Below, piece after piece: positions 128,281-140,828 of a stretch of DNA of 248,000 nt (within the stretch, counting starts at the first letter, position 1; each line of letters begins with the position of its first letter). The translations under genes were made by a program, and so were the position numbers. This stretch comes from Andalucia godoyi And28 (taxonomy: Eukaryota > Protista > Jakobida), in the NCBI GenBank assembly GCA_009859145.1, contig VRVR01000021.1, forward strand, positions 20,001 through 268,000. Reading direction: 5' to 3'. Below the pieces are notes generated by a model. That model had not been told where the DNA came from and did not search any database. It saw only the letters and a list, made by a program, of their open reading frames with translations.

Positions 128281-129627
128281 TTATCTCGGAAAGGTACTCC
128301 CAATCCTTTCTCGATCGACAGCCCCTGATGCAGGCATTCGGGAACGCCGTTGAGAAGAACTCTCAATCATTAAATTCGAAGAAACTTCGTGATTGATAAC
128401 ACGAAATGTTGGCTCATCACTCAACGAGCGACTTGACCCGGAAACGGACATTCGATCAGGACTCTTCACCACAACGGGAAAGGAATCCTGAAGCACTATG
128501 GGCTTCATATGGAATGCCGGACGGAATTTGGCAGGACGCGGGTCACCAATATTGGAGGCTTTTCTTGGGCTGAACTGCGCTTCCGTTGTTGCTTTTGGTG
128601 ATTTGATGGTAGGAATGTCAAGATCTTTGCGAGAATTGTTAGGATACAGTAAATTATGGCCAGTCACTACATCAACGCTGCCGACAGCAGAGGTATCCGG
128701 TTGCAAATCACCACCTCCTCCGTCACCCATAAAACGAGCTGAAGTTTTGTTCAATTCGCCGTCAACAATCTTGTTGCGAAAGAAGCCAAATTGCGTACCT
128801 ATACGCACGATTGTCGCGAAGGCTTTCAACACCCTTTCCCACTCTTCTTCTCTTAACTTGCGAATAGCAGACGCTTCACCAATGAAGTCTCTTGCTGATT
128901 TTGCCGCCAGCGATCGGCTGCTTCCAACCAATTTCTTCCGTCGAGGACTGGCGGAAGGATCCTCAACCTCCATATTCTGCAGAGCAGACAGAGACCTTGT
129001 GAAATGACTGGCAACATCAAGTAGTGATTGAACAGTATCGGCGGCTGTACTGGAACAAGTGTCGTTGCACACAATAGGAGATCGCATTGGAAACTCCTCC
129101 ATCGTGGGTTTGCCCTGTGCCAACGCACCTTCGGAATCAGATCGGCAATCGACGGATGGAACCAAAATATCACAACAACATTCAGCATCCTTTGATTTTG
129201 AATCTTCTGTCTGCGTTCCTTTTGAGGCGTGCGTGGGCATTCGGATGGCGGGATGCAAATCAGCAGAAAGAGGTGGAATGACATGATTGACATCCCTTGG
129301 GCTCTCAACAGGCTTGGAGCCAACGTCTATGTCCAAACTTCTTCTGGCAACCGCCTTGTCCGAAAAGAAACTGCTTAAATCCGAGTGGTTCAGCAGTTTT
129401 GATTTGAGCGACTGCTCTCTGTTCAAGCGAACCAGATCCTTGTCTTTCGAAGAAAGGAAGGTTTCTTCAGATTGCTTGCTCTCCGAGGAAAACAAACAGT
129501 CAATCATCTTTTTCACCAACATATCCAATTTTGATCTCTGGCGACGGATCTCGTCCACAAGTTTCTCAAACGGTTGTTCATGTTCATCGTCATCGTCATT
129601 TGCGCTGTCTGCAAAACTATCTACCAT
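128281..129627 (-). CDS. Hypothetical protein
   Basis: 448 aa ORF. Confidence 0.5.
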   Translation of the reverse strand: MVDSFADSANDDDDEHEQPFEKLVDEIRRQRSKLDMLVKKMIDCLFSSESKQSEETFLSSKDKDLVRLNREQSLKSKLLNHSDLSSFFSDKAVARRSLDIDVGSKPVESPRDVNHVIPPLSADLHPAIRMPTHASKGTQTEDSKSKDAECCCDILVPSVDCRSDSEGALAQGKPTMEEFPMRSPIVCNDTCSSTAADTVQSLLDVASHFTRSLSALQNMEVEDPSASPRRKKLVGSSRSLAAKSARDFIGEASAIRKLREEEWERVLKAFATIVRIGTQFGFFRNKIVDGELNKTSARFMGDGGGGDLQPDTSAVGSVDVVTGHNLLYPNNSRKDLDIPTIKSPKATTEAQFSPRKASNIGDPRPAKFRPAFHMKPIVLQDSFPVVVKSPDRMSVSGSSRSLSDEPTFRVINHEVSSNLMIESSSQRRSRMPASGAVDRERIGSTFPR

Positions 129628-130249
129628 TAACGAATCAGTGAATGAAGAGCGATGCTCCAGCCACTCTGAAAGCTCTTCCAGGACGTGTTGCCTGTCATTT
129701 CCCCAACGATCCTTCTGTCACACCGTAGTGAAGGAAAATAAAACGTTTTCGTCAGAACCGGAGATCAGCATTGAGACAAAAAGCAAAACTCAAAAAAAAA
129801 TAATAAAAAAGTACGTACGCGAAACGTTCGAGAGGACATTTCGGTTCCTGGATGAAACTTTGAGGTCCGCGGGATAGCTGGGCCACTCTTCTGCTGCTCG
129901 TTGTTACTTACCACTTCCAAAATACAAATACATAAGAATAATTAAAAAGAGTAAAAGACCAAGGCTGTTTCACTGCAGACATCGAAATCCCCAGAGGAAA
130001 AAGAAAAAAGAATGCGATTCCCCCCGACGTTTTTTTGCCCGAAAGGTAGCATCAACCGGTTTCCGACGCTTCCCGTTTTGGCAACAGGACCACAGGATTC
130101 AGCACATTTTCCGATTTCGACTTTTATTTTATTTTTTGTTGCCACGCACGCACCTAGTCCCCTTGCGACAAAACCTGTTTTTGTTTTATAATAGTTTCTC
130201 TCCCGTTTTTTCGTCAGGACTGTGTAATTCTTTGCGCAAGCAATTAAAA

Positions 130250-130507
130250 ATGGGGCGCAAGGACGCAAGTTACCGCAAAAGCATGGGGATATTCTGTGAC
130301 CTTCGAAAGGGAATGACGGACTGTCCTTGGGTTAAAGATCTCTCCGATGATGAAATTCAGATTGTGTGCTTGCGAATTTGCGAGAATTCTTCCGATGACG
130401 ACGATATGGACACTCTTCAGAAGACGATTATCAACGAATTGAAGAGAGTTCACGATGAACGACTTGCTCGTGAATCTGCTGCTCAAGTGAAGCTGCCATC
130501 ATCGTAA
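130250..130507 (+). CDS. Small hypothetical protein
   Basis: MGRKDASY.. 85 aa. Confidence 0.4.
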   Translation: MGRKDASYRKSMGIFCDLRKGMTDCPWVKDLSDDEIQIVCLRICENSSDDDDMDTLQKTIINELKRVHDERLARESAAQVKLPSS

Positions 130508-130601
130508 CGGACGCCCAATCGGACAGTGCGTCCGGCCACGAAGCGGGCAGCGTGAAGAATCGCAGCCTCAGTTCCGTTAAGTTTACGCAAATAAATGTTA
130601 C

Positions 130602-131558
130602 CTAAGACTTACTGCCTTTGTCGTTGTCGAACACAACGGGGCTTGCAGATGTCATATGAGTGACGACCTGCTGTTGCAGCCAGCTGCAGAAATCGTATTT
130701 TGACTTCGAGTGTCGTGCTCCGTTCGCATCAATTTCTCGAATAGGCAGAACGAGTCGCGAAGTGGACGTAATGAAGCATTCATCCCAGCGATCGACGTCA
130801 TTCGGAATATTGAGAAACTTGTCATAAATAACAGGAATTCCAAATTCAGAGCATATCTCAAGAACGAGCTTGCGCACCGTGCCATCCAGGACTTCTGAAG
130901 AGGTGAAGACCGAAGCTCTGCTTTGTATGGACGACACTCTGTCGACATCCTTGTACAAAACTGCGTAGAAATTCGATGACAAGCCCTCAGTGACATTTCC
131001 GTGACCGTCACTGAGCAACAATTCATTTACATCCGGAGACATGCTCTTCTCAAGAACCTGGCGATCCACAACCCACTGAGAATCCTTTGCCTTTGCATTG
131101 TTACGGGGATTCCCTTTCACTTGTACGCACACAGGCTTTTCAGGACGACTTGGAAGTGGCGAGAAATGAGCATGCAGATCGTAAGCAAAAGGTTCATTCT
131201 CAAAAGTGGAGTCGAAGTTCCACGTCAGTAAAACCGTTATTTTCAAGTCTTCTGTGCATCCAGGCCTCGCTGTATGTCGAAACACTTGATTTCCGATCTG
131301 AAACGTTCTCCGAATTGCAGGCTCCAACAATTCATACGAAGTGATAGGATAGAATCGATCAAGATGCTGCAGACTTTCGGGAAGCATGAGTCGTGCAGAC
131401 TCGGCCGTCCTTCTGACATGTTGTTCGTACTCGAAAACTCTGTTTATCTGAAATGTCCGACACGCAGTATATGCGCCACGCGGCAACTGCGTTAGAAAAT
131501 CCTTTGCGGACAATGACGATATTTCGGCGAGAAAGTTTCGCACCACGACGTTAGACAT
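130602..131558 (-). CDS. PLP-dependent aminotransferase class IV family
   Basis: GAYTACRT, AKDSQW, EGLSSNFY, LDGTVRKLV, FITSTSR. Confidence 0.85.
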   Translation of the reverse strand: MSNVVVRNFLAEISSLSAKDFLTQLPRGAYTACRTFQINRVFEYEQHVRRTAESARLMLPESLQHLDRFYPITSYELLEPAIRRTFQIGNQVFRHTARPGCTEDLKITVLLTWNFDSTFENEPFAYDLHAHFSPLPSRPEKPVCVQVKGNPRNNAKAKDSQWVVDRQVLEKSMSPDVNELLLSDGHGNVTEGLSSNFYAVLYKDVDRVSSIQSRASVFTSSEVLDGTVRKLVLEICSEFGIPVIYDKFLNIPNDVDRWDECFITSTSRLVLPIREIDANGARHSKSKYDFCSWLQQQVVTHMTSASPVVFDNDKGSKS

Positions 131559-131948
131559 GAGATCCCCCCCTTTTTTGTTTACGGCTTTTATCTGCGCCCG
131601 AAAGATAAACACGCAGACAGATACTCGAGCACGTTTTGCAATTTTCTTTGTTCGAAACGATTCGAATCAATTGTGATTTGCGTGGGTCGAGTGAGTCCGT
131701 TTTCTCGCCAGTTCGCTACGGAAGTTAACAGAACACGTCGAAAATGTCGGGCACCGTCTCACGAGAGAGAACCACCGACCTTCAGTATTTGAGCTTTCTT
131801 TCTAACAAATTTGGAACGGCCACAATGGTCGTGACGCAAGAGGGAGTCCGAAGAGGCGGACGAGGATGAAATGTGCAGCACAAAAATGAATGGCAATTTC
131901 TTTTTAGAGTGCGCAAATGCGAAAAGCACAGCCACTGGAAAATTGTTC

Positions 131949-133694
131949 TTATCGTCGTTGAGAAGCTGGCAACAACGAATTCCGATCATCATCTGTGACT
132001 TCTTCCTCGTCTTCCTGTTCATCACCTTCACTGGCATTAGAACCCACACCTGGCAGAGACCCAATTGTAGCGGCTGCATCCGAAGGATCCTGCAGTGGTG
132101 AGGAGGCGTCGTCGTTCAACCGAGCAATTGGTTCGTGATCATTATTCGACGAGGACGCAGACTCGTCAATTGGCTGCTGTTGTTCGTCCCGCAGCCGAGC
132201 ATTCAAGACGTCTCTTGTTTCTGCAGACACCTCCCCGGTTGAAACCATGATGATCAGCTTTGGATCAGGTCTGAAATACAGACCAACAAACGCAAACAAA
132301 AACAAGAGAAGTCCTTCTCGCAAAGCAAGAACAAGCCAATCCTGTCGCCAGGTGAGAAATGCAAACTCGATGAACACAAGGATGATCGGCAATACAAGAT
132401 AAACCAAGAATGCCCAACGGAATGCACGAAACTTATGCAATCGATGTCGAAGCTGTCTTTGAACATTGCGCCAAGCGGCAGATTCCATATACATCGATCG
132501 CAATCGTTCAATGTTCGCATTCATTGAAACTATGATGCCAAACGTAATCAAGAATGAAATTACGGAATACGCAAGAACGTAGCCGGAGCATAAGGGCACT
132601 GCATCATCTGGGACAGATGATGACGGAGACTGAGACGCGGAGGTCGCAATATTCGAATTATGAGGAGAAAGACGGGGTTGCCCTGCTGCACACATTGCAT
132701 ACAAAAACCGGAAGAATGCATAAAGTCCAAACGAAACGATGCACAGCCTCTTTTCACGCTCATGAAGAGTCTGTCGCGTAATCGACCATCCCGTTGAAAT
132801 CAAGAAAAGCATGAGCGAAAACAGACAGTCTGAACAAACTCGAAACAGTCTCTCCACAGCATCCTCAAACAGAGAAACTTTTCCCTTCTCGGAAAGTGTA
132901 AGGTAGACAGAAAAGGTGACGATGAGTTCAAGACACTTAAAAGCAAATGCGCCACACAAGAACCAGTGAATACGAAGCATGTATGGCCTGAAAAACCCAA
133001 TAGAATACACAGTAAACAGGACAAACATTGTCAAATAGGCGAAGAAATAAAGAAGCGAAACCGGCAGCATGGGAATGTCTTCGAGAGACAGATGCTGTCC
133101 ATTCGGATTCAACAGTGTCAGTGTCCCCTTCACGTACACTCCTGAGGAAGCCGACGGACAGTTCTGTGCAAGAACAACATATCTTGCATTCACAAGAATT
133201 GCATCTGGCGGAGTTTGAATATTGAGTGCTCCCTGACTGGATGCAGCCCTAATCTGAGCACTGGATGCTGTGAGCATCTGTGCTTGCGCAAGAGAATGAT
133301 TCAACGCAATCTGCGGATCGTCTTTCAACATTAATTGAAGCAGAGCTGGATCAAAGAAAGATCCTTCTTGCACAAATTGCGCAGTGAACGTGGAAGGCAT
133401 GAATCCGCATGGACGGCCGCCCATGCTGGCCTTCCCCACAATCCGCTCCAGCCTGATATCTGTCCAGTAATGCTCTGGCATAAGCAGAATATCCACGATT
133501 TCTCCGTCGGAAAGGCCAGACACAGTCAGGGACGCCGAAAAAGATCCTCCAGGAAGAAAGCCATATGCAGGGATTGGAAGAATCGTTGTGATTGCAGATC
133601 GGTCAGAGAGCGGATAATTGATTTCAAAGATGAGCCCGCGGGAAGCCGTGAGTGACACCGACAACGCAAGAAAAACATGCAAAAGCCTTTGCAT
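131949..133694 (-). CDS. GPR107/GPR108/GPR180-like seven-TM protein
   Basis: Signal peptide, luminal domain, 7 TM, LISTGWSITR. Confidence 0.75.
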   Translation of the reverse strand: MQRLLHVFLALSVSLTASRGLIFEINYPLSDRSAITTILPIPAYGFLPGGSFSASLTVSGLSDGEIVDILLMPEHYWTDIRLERIVGKASMGGRPCGFMPSTFTAQFVQEGSFFDPALLQLMLKDDPQIALNHSLAQAQMLTASSAQIRAASSQGALNIQTPPDAILVNARYVVLAQNCPSASSGVYVKGTLTLLNPNGQHLSLEDIPMLPVSLLYFFAYLTMFVLFTVYSIGFFRPYMLRIHWFLCGAFAFKCLELIVTFSVYLTLSEKGKVSLFEDAVERLFRVCSDCLFSLMLFLISTGWSITRQTLHEREKRLCIVSFGLYAFFRFLYAMCAAGQPRLSPHNSNIATSASQSPSSSVPDDAVPLCSGYVLAYSVISFLITFGIIVSMNANIERLRSMYMESAAWRNVQRQLRHRLHKFRAFRWAFLVYLVLPIILVFIEFAFLTWRQDWLVLALREGLLLFLFAFVGLYFRPDPKLIIMVSTGEVSAETRDVLNARLRDEQQQPIDESASSSNNDHEPIARLNDDASSPLQDPSDAAATIGSLPGVGSNASEGDEQEDEEEVTDDDRNSLLPASQRR

Positions 133695-134087
133695 TCTATT
133701 CTTTAGACACGAGGCAGTCTTTTCAATCTTAATATTCCCCCTGTACGCGAAACACAGCCTCTTCAGTCTTCATCTTTTGCCATTGATTTTCTCGCAGCTG
133801 CTTTTGAAGATGCGCCATTTCCCCCCCATGCAGGTTTCCGTTTTTCGCAGTGGATTCGGAAAGCATTTGATGCTATCGACGTGACGCAAATGGTGGCGGG
133901 AGAAAACTTTCCTCTTCTGGAGTTCATCGGGAACGTCGCTTTCCGCTTCCCGATTCCAGTGAATCTTCGTTGTCGCTGCAGCAGCCATACAAAACTTTAT
134001 TGTTGATAAAATCGCTTTGTTGACAGTGTTTGGTTTCATTTGCCCAAAAAAAAGTGAAAAGAGAAGAAGAGAAGAAGAGAAAGTCAG

Positions 134088-134212
<125 letters not shown>

Positions 134213-134227
134213 AAGAAAAACACAACA

Positions 134228-135802
134228 ATGAAACATGCGAAACGGCTGGCGGTTTTCTGCTTGTTTTCATTGATGTTGTTATGCTCGATTGATATGTCGA
134301 CAGCGGCGGATGACCACATCGTGCAGACCACCGCGGGACCCGTTCGTGGAACTACTGGTCCAGGATACGTTCGCTGGTCTGTTCCGTACGGGGAGCCGCC
134401 TGTACAAGGGCTTCGGTGGAGGCCTCCGGTTGCTCGGTCGTCTTGGGCGCCGTCTGTTTTTGATGGTACTCAGTTTCTGGATGGATGTCCACGGCTTTTT
134501 GCTTCCGGCTCTGTATCGGGAAGCGAAGACTGCTTGAATCTTGTTATTTGGGCGCCTACGGATTATGCAGCGAAGTCCTATCCAGTTTTGTGGTGGGTGC
134601 ACGGCGGTGGTTTTACCGGAGGGTCTGCAAAATACTTGTCGTATCATGGGGATTTTCTTGTGAATTCCACGAAGGGAATGGTGGTTGTGACCGTCAATTA
134701 TCGACTTGGAGTTCTGGGTTGGCTTGCTTCACCTGGATTGTTTGAAGGAAACTACGGCTTCATGGATCAACTTCTTTCTCTTCAGTGGGTACAAGAAAAC
134801 ATCAGGAATTTTGGAGGAGACCCCACTAGAGTGACGATCGACGGACAATCGGCCGGGGGAATCAGCGTCGGCCTTCATTTGGTCAGCCCTGCTTCTCGTG
134901 GTCTTTTTCACCAAGCAATCATCCAGTCCAATCCGTTTGCAATGCGCTTCCGTACCGGAGAGGAGAATCTGGGGATGAACGAATTGCTGGCCATTCGTTT
135001 AGGATGTTCGACTATTCGAGATCGAAGCTGCCTTTATAACAAAACGGTTGATGAAGTCCTTGTTGCTCAGCAAAAGGATTTATGGTTGCCGGATCCGCTG
135101 GACTTTCGAGACGAGCTTCCTTTCCAACCCACTCTGGATGGCCGACTGGTCCCCGGACAGCCTTTGGAGCTTCTTGAAGGTGGACAAGGTTTGGATATCC
135201 CAATTATCATGGGCGATGTCAAGAATGAAACGTTGGGATGGGTCTACGAGGATCCAGTTGGACTTCCGAAGATATCCTGGGCATTCATGCTGGACCTGCT
135301 CACGTCGAATCGTTCTGAAGTGCAGGAAATATTGAACATCTATGGGGCTACAGAAGACAGCCGCGTGGTTCTAAGCAGGGCATCGGCAGACTTTTTCTTC
135401 AACTGCGCTACACGTCGAGCGCTGCTTGCTTTATCGAGATACAACAAAGCCCCTCTTCGCTGGTATGCATTTCTTCATTCTCCACAATACGATCCGGAAA
135501 ATAAGGCTCCACAGTGTAGCCCCTTTGGCCTAGGAGGAGTCTGTCATGGTGCGGACCTTGTGTATGTTTTCCATACTCTTTCCGAGTGGAACCACCACTT
135601 CACTCCGGAAGAAGAAGTGCTGAGTTCGACGATGATGAATCTGTGGGCAGATTTTGTTTCAGGGTCCGATACGCTTTCATTCGCATGGCCATTGTTTTCT
135701 GCCGACACGACCGACATGTTGGCATTTGACACGAACGGCGTGTTCGTGCTCCAAAATCACCAGCAGATGGAGTGCCAATTGTGGGATCAACTTGGATATT
135801 AA
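134228..135802 (+). CDS. Type-B carboxylesterase, secreted
   Basis: SEDCLNL, WVHGGGF, NYRLG, GQSAG, CHGADL. Confidence 0.93.
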   Translation: MKHAKRLAVFCLFSLMLLCSIDMSTAADDHIVQTTAGPVRGTTGPGYVRWSVPYGEPPVQGLRWRPPVARSSWAPSVFDGTQFLDGCPRLFASGSVSGSEDCLNLVIWAPTDYAAKSYPVLWWVHGGGFTGGSAKYLSYHGDFLVNSTKGMVVVTVNYRLGVLGWLASPGLFEGNYGFMDQLLSLQWVQENIRNFGGDPTRVTIDGQSAGGISVGLHLVSPASRGLFHQAIIQSNPFAMRFRTGEENLGMNELLAIRLGCSTIRDRSCLYNKTVDEVLVAQQKDLWLPDPLDFRDELPFQPTLDGRLVPGQPLELLEGGQGLDIPIIMGDVKNETLGWVYEDPVGLPKISWAFMLDLLTSNRSEVQEILNIYGATEDSRVVLSRASADFFFNCATRRALLALSRYNKAPLRWYAFLHSPQYDPENKAPQCSPFGLGGVCHGADLVYVFHTLSEWNHHFTPEEEVLSSTMMNLWADFVSGSDTLSFAWPLFSADTTDMLAFDTNGVFVLQNHQQMECQLWDQLGY

Positions 135803-136060
135803 TACGTAAGTAAACGATTGCTTTGTTTAAAAATTGGTGAAAGTGTCACAATCCAACAACAAGCAGAAACTTGGAGTGCAGCAATTTGATTCGAGGTGGG
135901 AGGGACAAAGCAACGGGGCATATTTCTTTATTTGCGAGTACTCCGCAAAGCCATGCTACACATGGTTGTACCATTGATGCGCCACGATCATTATCCAGGT
136001 GTCGGTGCAATCGAAAAAAAGAGGGCACTGAAAAGGAGATAAAACACTGTTGTCAAGAAC

Positions 136061-137230
136061 TCATTCCATGACGACGTCGTCCTCTTCGTCAAGATCGCTG
136101 TCCTCATCGTCTTCCATGAGACCCTTAAAGAAATTTCTCCTCTTTTTTTCGTTCGCAGACGACTTGGGCATCTTCTCCCTCTTCCGTTCGGAAATTTCGG
136201 GTTCATTCTCTTCTGTGTACACTCGCTCTTTCTTTGCGGCAAGATCGTTAATCTTGCCTTCGGCAAACTGCCGGACGTCCCAGAATTTGATGGCAGAATC
136301 ATGCGAACATGAAGCCAGAAAGGAGCCATCATGGCTGATGGACATGCATTCAACAGGATACTCTCCGTGGTCTCCAATGACTTCAACAACTTCCAACGGA
136401 GTGACTCGCAGAATCCGCACAAGACCATCACCGGCCCCGGAAGCAATGCAATTTGGACCAACAGTAACCAATGTTTCGACAGAAAACGGGTGTGCATCTG
136501 CCAATCTCTCTCTCCAGTACCCCCAATATCCCCAGGCAAACGAGTTCAAAGAGCCTTCTTGCGTGCCACAAATCAAACGCCCAGCGGCGTCCCCTTGACC
136601 TCCGAGCGTATCGCTAGTGCCTTGTCGAACAATTGTGCAGGAAAGAAATTCATCGTCGAAGGAGTCTGACGTGCTCAAGTGCTTTCCTTTTCTAACGTTG
136701 AAAACGGAAAGGCAGCCGTCACCTCCAGTCGCACACAGACACTTTGATCCAGCATCATACACAATGTCCGAGATAAAGTCCGTATTTTCGTGAAACAGCA
136801 ATGCCGGCTTCGCCTGAGCCCCAAGCGTTCGAACATCCCATAAAGCAACACGGCCGCTGTCATCTCCGGTGGCAATAAGTTCTGGGGTACACGTTGTAAC
136901 TGCGTTCACTGCTTCATTCCGAACATTCTTCGCATGTCCATTTGTCACGATATCTCCATTCTGAACAGCAAAGCTATCAACAGAACCATCGGAAGCCACA
137001 GAATACAACACTTGGCCGTCTCGAGAAAAGCACACAGCCCGCGAGGCACTCTCATGTGCTTTCAAGCTGCCGACCAAGTGATTTCCTTCCGTCATCGTTT
137101 GATACAGCTGCACAGTTCCGTCAATGAGACCGACCGCCAAGACATGAGCGAATGGATGGAAAGAAAGATCAAATATTTGCAAGCCCTCAGGAATGGCGAG
137201 ATCAGGCGGTGCACAGTCAAGGTCCTGCAT
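136061..137230 (-). CDS. WDR55: WD40 protein WDR55/JIP5-like
   Basis: DLSFHP, ATGDDSG, ENTDFISD, SCSHD, acidic tail NFFKGL. Confidence 0.78.
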   Translation of the reverse strand: MQDLDCAPPDLAIPEGLQIFDLSFHPFAHVLAVGLIDGTVQLYQTMTEGNHLVGSLKAHESASRAVCFSRDGQVLYSVASDGSVDSFAVQNGDIVTNGHAKNVRNEAVNAVTTCTPELIATGDDSGRVALWDVRTLGAQAKPALLFHENTDFISDIVYDAGSKCLCATGGDGCLSVFNVRKGKHLSTSDSFDDEFLSCTIVRQGTSDTLGGQGDAAGRLICGTQEGSLNSFAWGYWGYWRERLADAHPFSVETLVTVGPNCIASGAGDGLVRILRVTPLEVVEVIGDHGEYPVECMSISHDGSFLASCSHDSAIKFWDVRQFAEGKINDLAAKKERVYTEENEPEISERKREKMPKSSANEKKRRNFFKGLMEDDEDSDLDEEDDVVME

Positions 137231-137327
137231 ATCAAAACGAAATAAACAACAGCGATCGCCGGTGCCACTTAAAAACCGTTGCGTTGAGTTAAAAGAAACA
137301 TAGCTGAATCAGTTCATCTGCAAAAAA

Positions 137328-137733
137328 CGGCGAGTGCAGCTTTGTATCACCAACGTTGAATATCAAATAATACGATTTTCTTACCGTAGTCAAGTCTAGA
137401 ATGTCTTCATTCTTCACTTTTCAATCTTTTCCTTTTTCTTCTTCTGTTTGTTTTTCAAAATCGGACCCTCAAACAGCACATTTCATCAAAGACAAAAAAT
137501 CGCATGGCTCCAAAGAGGGATCTTCCCGACCAACTCACACCGGCCATGCCCGAAGATGCGGAGACCCAAAGAACCCGTTGATGAAGAAGCGACGGCTCTT
137601 TGATGCACAGCAGTCTGCGTTGAAGAGCTGGTGCTCGCCCCCCCGTCCCCGAATAAAACGCACAAAAAAAAACACAAAAACATGTGGCTTGGATCTGTCT
137701 TCGGTGACAGCTTAGCCGATGATGATCGATAAT
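137328..137733 (-). mobile_element. MITE-like element family C copy 4
   Basis: Reverse near-copy of 112.4 kb (identical shadow ORF start MSSFFTFQSF in the track). Confidence 0.8.
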
Positions 137734-138148
137734 GGGCGAAAATGAACTTCATGCTCTTCCCCAAAAGCAGACTTGATGTCTTCGGTGCGCCTCGGTGGAG
137801 TGCTGTGGGTGATCTGGTTTCGGACGTTTCTGATCCGCCGGGAAGCGGCTCAGCGTCCCACCGTCGCAGAAGAGGGGGAGCGTCATGCACGTCGGGATTC
137901 CGTGTGACAAGACAGAAGAAAAAGAAATTTTCATGGAACAATGCATCACATGCAAAAAATAAAAAACAGTTGATATGCTTTTTTAACGATCACGGTCGTG
138001 AAAAGGAGGCGATCAATTTGGTGCAATGGAAGCTGTGATTGTCAGCATAGCAACAATTCACTTGCCATTCTGCAGTCGTTGAAGCATGACGAAGCGCGTT
138101 TTCGTCGCAACAGTGAGACTATGGGTTTGTTTTTACACTGTACGTCCT

Positions 138149-138817
138149 TTATGACTCCGTTTTGGAAAGAAAGTCACGTCGGTTCCGAAGAGCTTCTTGC
138201 AAAATAATGTGCGATCCCTGAGCGATCTCGGGGTATGTGCATTTCGTTCCTCTTTGAAGGCACCTATTGCAAGAAGGCCTCTGATGGTCGCACCGTCTGT
138301 GGCTCTTGATGCACTCTTCACAGGAGCGCTTTCGTTGTGCAAAAAGTGAAGACAAAGGCAAGGCACCGCATTCATCAAGATTCTCGCAGTATTGTCGGAT
138401 CTTGCGAAGAGACGGATTGGAGACACGGTCGGTTCGTCCAGTATTCTTGAGCACTGCCGAATGTGTTTTCCCATTTCTTAGCGTCTGGATCCTTTGGAGA
138501 TGAAAGACAAACCCCGTTTTTGATTCGAGCTTGTCAGTTTCGCTTTCGCCCGCATCCTCACCGTCGCCCTCGCTCCCCCCTTCGGAGTCACGGTCCAAAT
138601 GACAGTCCAGCTGAGTTGAATGTTCGGAAGAAGGGGTTGGTGGCAGTCTGCAAGTTGACCGTGGGTCACTGCTACTGGTCCCTTGCACTTGGATGGGAGG
138701 CAGCGTGAGAATAAAGGACAGCTGAATGCTTGTGAATAGGTGAAGATCAGACTCGATTTTGCTGCAAATTTCTTGCAAAGCGTCCTGATCAAGCGTCAAA
138801 AATGGAGCACGCAGCAT
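138149..138817 (-). CDS. Small Zn(II)2Cys6 protein
   Basis: SCEECIKSHRRCDHQRPSCNRCLQRGTKCTY. Confidence 0.7.
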   Translation of the reverse strand: MLRAPFLTLDQDALQEICSKIESDLHLFTSIQLSFILTLPPIQVQGTSSSDPRSTCRLPPTPSSEHSTQLDCHLDRDSEGGSEGDGEDAGESETDKLESKTGFVFHLQRIQTLRNGKTHSAVLKNTGRTDRVSNPSLRKIRQYCENLDECGALPLSSLFAQRKRSCEECIKSHRRCDHQRPSCNRCLQRGTKCTYPEIAQGSHIILQEALRNRRDFLSKTES

Positions 138818-140828
138818 CGTGTTTCTTTTTCAGTCCTTTGTGTTTTTCCTTCTGTCTTTCTTTTTTTTTGTATTGTTTTCTTTGTGGGACAGCAAAAAAA
138901 CGACAGAGCTGCGGGTGCCAAGATGAATCCATTCATTAGTAAAGGAGAAAAGACGAAGAGAACGAACAAGGATTGCAGCATTTCCCCTCGGGTTTCGGTA
139001 CCTCTGTTACATCGTTGTTGTAACTCGTGCAAAATTACGAAACGTTTACGCTTTCGAATTCGTTTGTCGTGAGTTTACACTGATCCGGGTTGCTTACGTT
139101 TCCTTGCGTGCATGAAATCGAGGGTCTTCCAACTGAGTTCCAATTTCTGATGCAACCAGACACAATGTCACCCATGAAGAGTGCTTTGGCACGTCCTTTG
139201 GTGCAAGCAGATGTTTTTCCCATTCAGAAACGATTCCCGGCGCGGATGTGTCGCAGCTGCGCCTGGTTGAACCAGTGACCAGCACGCCGTACCCTTTTTT
139301 GGATGATCTTCCTCAAGAGTCACCGTTCCGTCCTGTTGACGAAATTTTGCTAATGAAATGCGAGCAAACGACAGCAACGAATACGTGCAGTTGCTAGAAC
139401 AATGCTGTTTCCTGGAGTCCCTGGGCACCGTTTCGGAGGTCCGGCTTTGGCGAGGGCGCTCATCGCACGAACCTGCACTCTTGCTTCACCTGCGTGTAAT
139501 TATTCGTGACTTGAATCAGCAGAAGTTTCCTGTGCATGGGGAAGACCAGGCTACGCGAGGCGGGTCTGCGACTTCCAAGTTCCCCCTTTTTCTTGACTGT
139601 TGACGCCCTCCCTGGTTCAGTTTCCTCCTCGCTTTCACTTTGTTGAATCTCTCTACCAATCGTGCAGCTGGAGACTGGTCCGTGCTCCGATGATCGGGGT
139701 TTGTCTGCCAACAATTGTGTTCTCCATTTCGGACACCTTCGTATAAGTAGATATCTGAGGGGAGCAGGGTTTGCACCTGCGCCGAATTCACAGTCTGTTT
139801 TAAGCACCAACATCAAATCTCCCTGAGGAAGCGCTTGTCGCTCAAGTCGACTTTGGAAATGCAAACAGCCTTGTTTCTATCCAGTCCGGCTGCGACCAAA
139901 CTGTGTGCTTTCGCAAGAAGCACCTGAAGTGCCGGTGCAGAACCGCTGCTCGAGGGGTTCGGCAATTCGACATCCGTGTGACGAAACCTTGCGGACCGTG
140001 TCAGCGTTGCAAACCGATTTCCTCGCCAAACTCCGCAGCCGGCTGCCGCAGAGTCCTTTATGTTGAGATTTTTACGAATGCATCTCGGCAAAAGTTCCGG
140101 CCCCCCGGCGCATGCTGTGCGATGATCCCCAGCTTCGGACGCTTTCATGCTTTCTCAAGTGTTTCCTTTGGAAACTGCGGTTTTTCTCCAAACGCATTTT
140201 CGGCAAAGCTGTCCAATATCGGGGGTAGTGCTGCAATCACAGACTGAATTGCCGTCAGATCCGTTCATCCAGTTCTCTGCAACGGACAAAAACTGAGCCA
140301 ACAGCGGCACACGCACCTAACGCACCTAACGCACCTAACGCACCAGTGTTTTTGCTGGGGTGGGTTGGTGGCCAATCAGTGGCGGGCGCATCTGGTGATC
140401 TGTCATTGTGTGTCTACTGACGTCAGGCATACGAGCAGTCCAACTCGCCCCTCTGTCGTCCATTTGCGCGCACGTTGTCCTGTCTGGTACGACGTTATCG
140501 ACAAAAATGTCTGCCTTTTCCAGACTCCCTCGCCGACCTTTGGGTGAATTTTGGATCTCCCCCAGCTCCATTCCAAAAGAGGTTGGCGAGTGGCGACCCT
140601 TCTGCTTGATGATTTGCTTGTGTGAATTCAAAAAAGTCTCATTCTTCTTTTAACGTATCATCCAATTCAATTTTTTGCTTTTGTTTTGATATGTCAATAG
140701 TACTGCAAGAGAATTTAGACAATTGAGTGTTTGTGAACGACTTTTTTTTTGATTTTCTGATTTGATTTTTTCCCGTTTGTTTACACTGTTTCTTTCTTAC
140801 TGAGCGCAACACAGAACAACAGGCTCGA